Shown here: positions 58,858 through 64,000 of the stretch, piece after piece
Layout: each line of letters opens with the position of its first letter
Position numbering within the stretch: the stretch's first letter is position 1
DNA from: Mobula hypostoma
Taxonomy: Eukaryota
DNA: 64,000 nt
Assembly (NCBI RefSeq): GCF_963921235.1
Contig: NC_086129.1
Coordinates: forward strand, 31,806,001 to 31,870,000
Direction of reading: 5' to 3'
Made by a program: the position numbers and the translations under genes
Notes under the pieces: generated by a model
Database searches by the model: none
Told to the model about the DNA's origin: nothing
Seen by the model: the letters and a program-made list of their open reading frames with translations, nothing else

Positions 58858-59205
58858 CATAAACCTGCAGCAGTGTTCCTTGGCCTTTTGCCTCTAATGG
58901 TGGGTAGACACTGGGTATCCTCAGGATACAGGTGTAGCGATTACCAGAGTGATCAAAGGAGACATGTTCAACCCTCAGTGATGCATTACAGCGTTTCAAT
59001 CCATGCAGACAGGCGTCAGGGACACAATGCAGATTATTCACTTTGTAAGGAACATCTCCAGCCCTTGGTGATGTCCTGTGCCAGGAAATGATGACCCAGC
59101 CATCCTCAGTTGCATTATGAGTAAAGCTGCAGTTTAACGTGACTGACTCCCCTCTCCAGACACTGACGAGACGCGGCTGGTTCACCTCCAAGACCACTGG
59201 AACCC
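58858..59205 (-). CDS. IgSF receptor exon: V-set domain with germline-joined J-like motif (NKp30/SIRP-like VJ)
   Basis: Acceptor tttcccatcAG, donor GTaaac, 348 nt, phase 1-1. Translation VPVVLEVNQPRLVSVWRGESVTLNCSF...ISW...ASLRVEHVSFDHSGNRYTCILRIPSVYPPLEAKGQGTLLQVY has the B-strand Cys, C-strand Trp, YxC and GxGTxLxV motifs. Confidence 0.93.
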
Positions 59206-59704
59206 CTGATGGGAAAGAAGTAAAGCTTGTCAGATTCAGTCAGACTTCAGTTGATAGTTTGATATAAGTTCACTTTCAACAATGCTAACTTGGAAAACGA
59301 AAACAGAATGCTGAAAAAATCAGTGATTAAGCAACATCTCTGGAGACAAAAGGTATCATTCACTATGTCAGGTTGAGATCCTACATCAAGACTGAGGGGG
59401 AACAGTTTATATCAGTACAGAGTGGGGTGGCATAGAGACATATCATGGTGGAACTAGATGGGGACAGGATGATAGGCAGCTGGAACCAGATGTGGGAGGG
59501 AGCAGGAACAGAGGCTGTAGGTGATAGTTGGAGAAAAATGGGGAGGGGATGATGGAGATATAGAACCAGGTGGGTAAGGATTGACTGAATTGCTGATTGC
59601 CTTTCTGTTACATGAAATATATCAAAATATGTTTCCTTTTCAGATTTAATTCTAAATTACCCAATGGTTTAGGATTCAATATTCTGTCTGAGTTTATTTC
59701 ATAA

Positions 59705-60940
59705 ACAAAATACTCTGCAGATGCTGGGGTCAAAGCAACACTCACAACACGCTGGAGGAACTCAGCAGCTCGGGCAGCATCCGTGGAAACGATCAGTCAA
59801 CGTTTCGGGCCGGAACCCTTTGTCAGGACTGAAGAGGGAAGGGGCAGAGGCCCTATAAAGAAGGTGGGGGGAGGGTGGGAAGGAGAAGGCTGGTAGTTTC
59901 CAGGTGAAAAACCAGTAAGGGGAAAGATAAAGGGGTGGGGGAGGGGAAGCAAGGAGGGGATAGGCAGGAAAGGTGAAGAAGGAATAGGGGAAAACACAAT
60001 GGGTAGTAGAAGGAGGCAGAACCATGAGGGAGGTGATAGGCAGCTGGGGGAGGGGGCAGAGTGAAACTGGGATGGGGGAAGTGAGGGGGAGGGAATTACC
60101 GGAAGTTGGAGTATTCTATGTTCATACCAAGGGGCTGGAGACTACCTAGATGGTATATAAGGTGTTGCTCCTCCAACCTGAGTTTAGCATCATCATGGCA
60201 GTAGAGGAGGCCATGTATGGACATATCTGAATGGGAATTGGAAGCAGATTTGAAGTGGGTGGCTACTGGGAGATCATGTCTGTTTTGGCGGACGGAGCGG
60301 AGGTGCTCGACGAAGCGGTCCCCCAATCTGTGTCGGGTTTCACCGATGTAGAGGAGGCCGCACAGGGAGCACCGGATGCAATAGATGACCCCAACAGACT
60401 CACAAGTGAAGTGTTGCCTCACTTGGAAGTACTGTTTGGGGCCCTGAATGGTGGTGAGAGAGGAAGTGTAGGGACAGGTGTAGCACTTACGCTTACAGGG
60501 ATAAGTGCTGGGTGGGAGATCCATGGGGAGGGACATGTGGATCAGGGAGTCGCGGAGGGACCGATCCCTGCGGAAGGCGGAGAGGGGTGGAGAGGGAAAG
60601 ATGTGCTTAGTGGTGGGGTCCTGTTCAAGGTGGCGGAACTTGCGGAGGATAATGTGCTGGATCGGGAGGCTGGTGGGGTGGTAGGTGAGGACAAGGGGAA
60701 CTCTGTCCCTGTTGTGGTGACGGGAAGATGGGGTGAGGGCCGAAGTGCGGGAAATGAAGGAGATGCGGGTGAGGGCATCATTGATGACAGCAGAAGGGAA
60801 ACCACGATCCTTAAGGAAAGAGGACATTTGAGATGTCCTGGAATGAAAAACCTCATCCTGGGAGCAGATGCGGCAGAGACGGAGGAACTGGGAATAGGGA
60901 ATGGCATTTTTGCATGTGGCAGGGTGGGAAGAGGTGTAGT
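59705..60940 (-). mobile_element. Penelope-like element 3' part with an open GIY-YIG endonuclease frame (60096-60827)
   Basis: GVIYCIRCSLCGLLYIGET...RFVEH...VATHF...EEQHLI in a 243-aa ORF; GC-skewed 3' non-coding end. Confidence 0.88.
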
Positions 60941-61019
60941 TGAGGTTATTTCAAATGTCCAGACTATAGTAAAGGGATTAGAGTGTTGCCACAGACATCC
61001 TTGGCTGCCATTTAGATGG

Positions 61020-61748
61020 TAGAATATAGAACAGTACAGTACATTATGGGCCCTTCAACTCAAGATGTTGTGCTGACCTATATAAATGTACTCCAAGATC
61101 ATTCAGACCCTTTCTTCCTACACAACCCATAACCCTCTAATTTTCTTATATCTATGTACCTAAGAGTCTCTTAAGTGTCCCTTTTGTGTCAAACTCTTCC
61201 ACAATCCCCAGCAGTGTTATCCAGGCACTCACTATTTCCTGTGTAAAATGCCTTCCTCCAGCATCTCCTCTAAACTTTGCTCCACTCACCTTGAATGCAT
61301 GTCCTCTCATGTTGTCCATTGCCACCCTAGGAAAAAGGTGCCGGCTGTCCACTCTACCTATGCCTCTCATAATCTTATACACTTCTATCAAGTGGCCTCT
61401 TATCCTCTGTTGCTTGAAAGAGAAAAACCCAAATTTGCTTAACAATTCGTCATAAGGCATTCCGTCACCAGGCAGTATCCTGATAAGTCTACTCTGTGCC
61501 CTCCCTAAAGCAACTGGAACCGAACGCAATACTCTAAGTGTGGCCTAACCAGAGTTTTATGGAGTTCGCAAAATAACCTCATGACTCTTGAACTCAATTG
61601 CCCAACTAATGAAGGCCGGCACACAATATCCATTCCTAATCACCCTATCAACTTGCGCGAATACTTTGAGGGCTCTGTGGACGTGGAACTCAGATCCCTC
61701 TATTTCTCCATACTGTTAAGAATTCTGCTATTGGCCTTGTACTCTGCT
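61020..61748 (-). mobile_element. Degenerate CR1 3' fragment
   Basis: LIEVYKIMRGI motif; (TTCTATA)-like tail. Confidence 0.8.
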
Positions 61749-64000
61749 GTGCAAACTCTGGAGAGCAGAACATCTGCGACAGCAAAGAAGGAAGAAAGAG
61801 AAAAGGCGAGCGCAGTTTGTGAGAGATCCAGTCAGCTTCACCAGGACTCTTCTAGGCCAACAAAAATCTGGTATACTATCCAGCTCGAAGCCAGAGGTAG
61901 AGGAGTTCCTGCGGGAGGCACACAGCGACCCACGGAGGGGTCGGGGACTAGGAACCAATCGGCCTGTGCGTAGACCGGAAAACCCATCAATTGAGCTGAA
62001 TGTGAAGGAGCCTACAAGGCAGGAAATCCAGGACATCATCCGGAAAGCTAAAGCATCAGCTGCCCCAGGCCCAAGCAGCATATCTTAGAAGGTGTATAAG
62101 AAATGCCCAAAGCTTCTTCAGAGACTGTGGAAGGTCATGAGAAAGATCTGGGCCAAAGGTACTATTCCACCAAGTTGGAAATTGGCAGAGGGATGCTTTA
62201 TTCCAAAGGAAGAGGTTTCTTCCACAATTGCCCAGTTTAGGACAATTTCTCTCCTGGATGTGGAATGTAAGATTTTCTTTTCTGTGCTCGCAAGAAGGCT
62301 GACTTCTTACATGACACAGAGCCACTATATCAACACATCCATCCAGAAAGGTGGTATTCCAGGCTTTTCGGGGTGTCTGGAACACACCTCAATGATTGGC
62401 CATTTGATCCGTGAAGCAAAGCAGAAAAAAGGCGACCTAACAGTTGTCTGGTTAGACCTCGCGAACGCCTAGGGGTCTATTCCACATGACCTCATTCTAG
62501 AAGGACTCGACCACTACTACATCCCAGTGGCTATTCGAGACATGATCACCAGCTACCTAGGAGGATTCAAACTCAGATTTACATCGGCCCACTTCACAAC
62601 TAGTTGGCAGGATCTCCAGAAGGGGATTCCAGCAGGGTGCACCATCTCCCCCACCCTATTTAATATGGGAATGAACCTCCTACTATCAACAGCAGAAGAT
62701 ATAACCCATGGCCCGACGCTGGAGTCGGGTATTGTTCAGCCGGCTCTACGAGGGTTCATGGACAACATCACTATAACAACTGTGTCACATGTCCAAGCAA
62801 GATGGGTATTGGACACCCTGGGTAATGTAGCCACTTGGGCGAGGATGTCCTTCAATGCCAAGAAGTCCAGGTGCATGGTGATCAGAAAGGGCAAAGTTTA
62901 GCCTCCAAGTTCAGGGTGAGGTCATCCCTTCCATTGAAGATAACCCAATAAAATGCTTGGGGAAGTGGTTTAATGTGTCACTGACAGACGGGGCCAATGT
63001 CACCAATGCTGTGAAGCAGACAGACGAATGGCTGAAGAAGATCGACAAATCTGGACTTCCCGGTAAATTCAAGACCTTGCTTTACCAATACGGCATTCTG
63101 CCCAGACTTCTCTGGCTCTTCACACTTTATGAGTTCCCCATGACTGCCGTAGAGTGCATTGAGAGGAGAACCAACAAGCACCTGGGGAGATGGTTGGGAG
63201 TTCCCCCAAGCTTCTCTTCAGTGGACCTCTACATTTGTTCTGGGCAACCGCAGCTTCCCCCGTCATCTGTTGTGGAGGAACTCAAGGTGGCAAAATGCAG
63301 AGCCATATTAAGCTTGAGAGATTCCATTGATGTCTTGGTAAAGCAAGCAGGCGTTACAACCAGATCTGGGCGCAAGTGGGCAGCCAACGCAGCTGTGGAG
63401 GAGGCAGTGTGTTCTCTGAAGCTGCGAGATATCATCGGCAACCCCTGCATTGGGCGGCAAGGCCTCACCTCAGTTCACATCCGGCAGTGGGGAAATGCAA
63501 GCAAAAGGAACAGGCTAGATGTGATACAGGCAGAAGTACGGATCTGTGAGGAAGAGAAGCGGATGTCAAAGGCAGAGGAACAAGGGTCCCAGGGTGCCTG
63601 GACAAAATGGGATCTGCCTAAGCGCAAGATCTCATGGGCAGAGTTATGGAGACTGGAGCCCTTCCGTATTTCCTTCCTCTTGTGATCCGTGTATGACACC
63701 CTTCCTTCACCATTACATCTGTACACATGGGGGATGACAGAGGACCCGAACTGTAAGCTCTGTGGTCAAAAGGGGACAATGGCTCATATACTCTCCAGGT
63801 GTAAAACAGCTCTAACTCAAGGACGGTGTAGGTGGCGCCATGATAAGGTGCTTCTGGCTCTTGCTGACACACTGGAGTGGGAGAGATGCAAGGAGAGGAT
63901 GACTGGCACAGATTTGAGGAAGGCTATCAGCTTCATCAAAGAGGGAGCTAGGCCATTCGTAACCAAACAACCAAAGCCCAATCTGCTGCTAACAGCCAGG
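61749..64000 (+). mobile_element. Hero/R2-superfamily (RLE-type) non-LTR retrotransposon fragment, disrupted; runs off the window edge
   Basis: FRTISLLDVECKIFF, QKGGIPGFSGCLEH, WLDLANA, GIPAGCTISP, GFMDN; C-terminal CKLCGQKGTMAHILSRC and RWRHDKVL. Confidence 0.82.

Noticed and set aside
58800-59260. Rearranging V gene segment of an Ig or TCR locus
   Set aside because: No heptamer/nonamer RSS follows the V; the J motif is already in frame and followed by a splice donor; the downstream domains are C1 plus C2, not a TCR or Ig constant region.
60231-61022. 263-aa Gly/Glu-rich plus-strand ORF
   Set aside because: Antisense of the Penelope GIY-YIG coding region.

Overview
Vertebrate genomic DNA. 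The repeat content (CR1 with (TTCTATG)n tails, V-SINE/HE1-like SINE, abundant Rex/Babar and Penelope remnants) suggests a cartilaginous fish; this is inference. Most of the window is transposable-element debris, often nested with intact target-site duplications (TSDs): Nimb/I, Rex/Babar, CR1, RTE, Tx1, Hero-like RLE, Penelope, Gmr1-like Gypsy, Tc1, a Harbinger-like MITE and SINEs. The one host gene I can reconstruct lies on the minus strand (39921-59205) and encodes an immunoglobulin-superfamily type I membrane receptor. Six phase-compatible GT-AG exons give a germline-joined V-J domain with three extra cysteines, a C1-set domain, a C2/I-set domain, a transmembrane segment and a short tail with a TYEDV tyrosine motif (about 400 aa, no stop or frameshift). 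Its leader exon was not found in the window. This VJ-C1-C2 receptor is the best candidate for an undescribed system. No CRISPR array, rRNA or genuine tRNA gene was seen. TE boundaries without a stated TSD are approximate.
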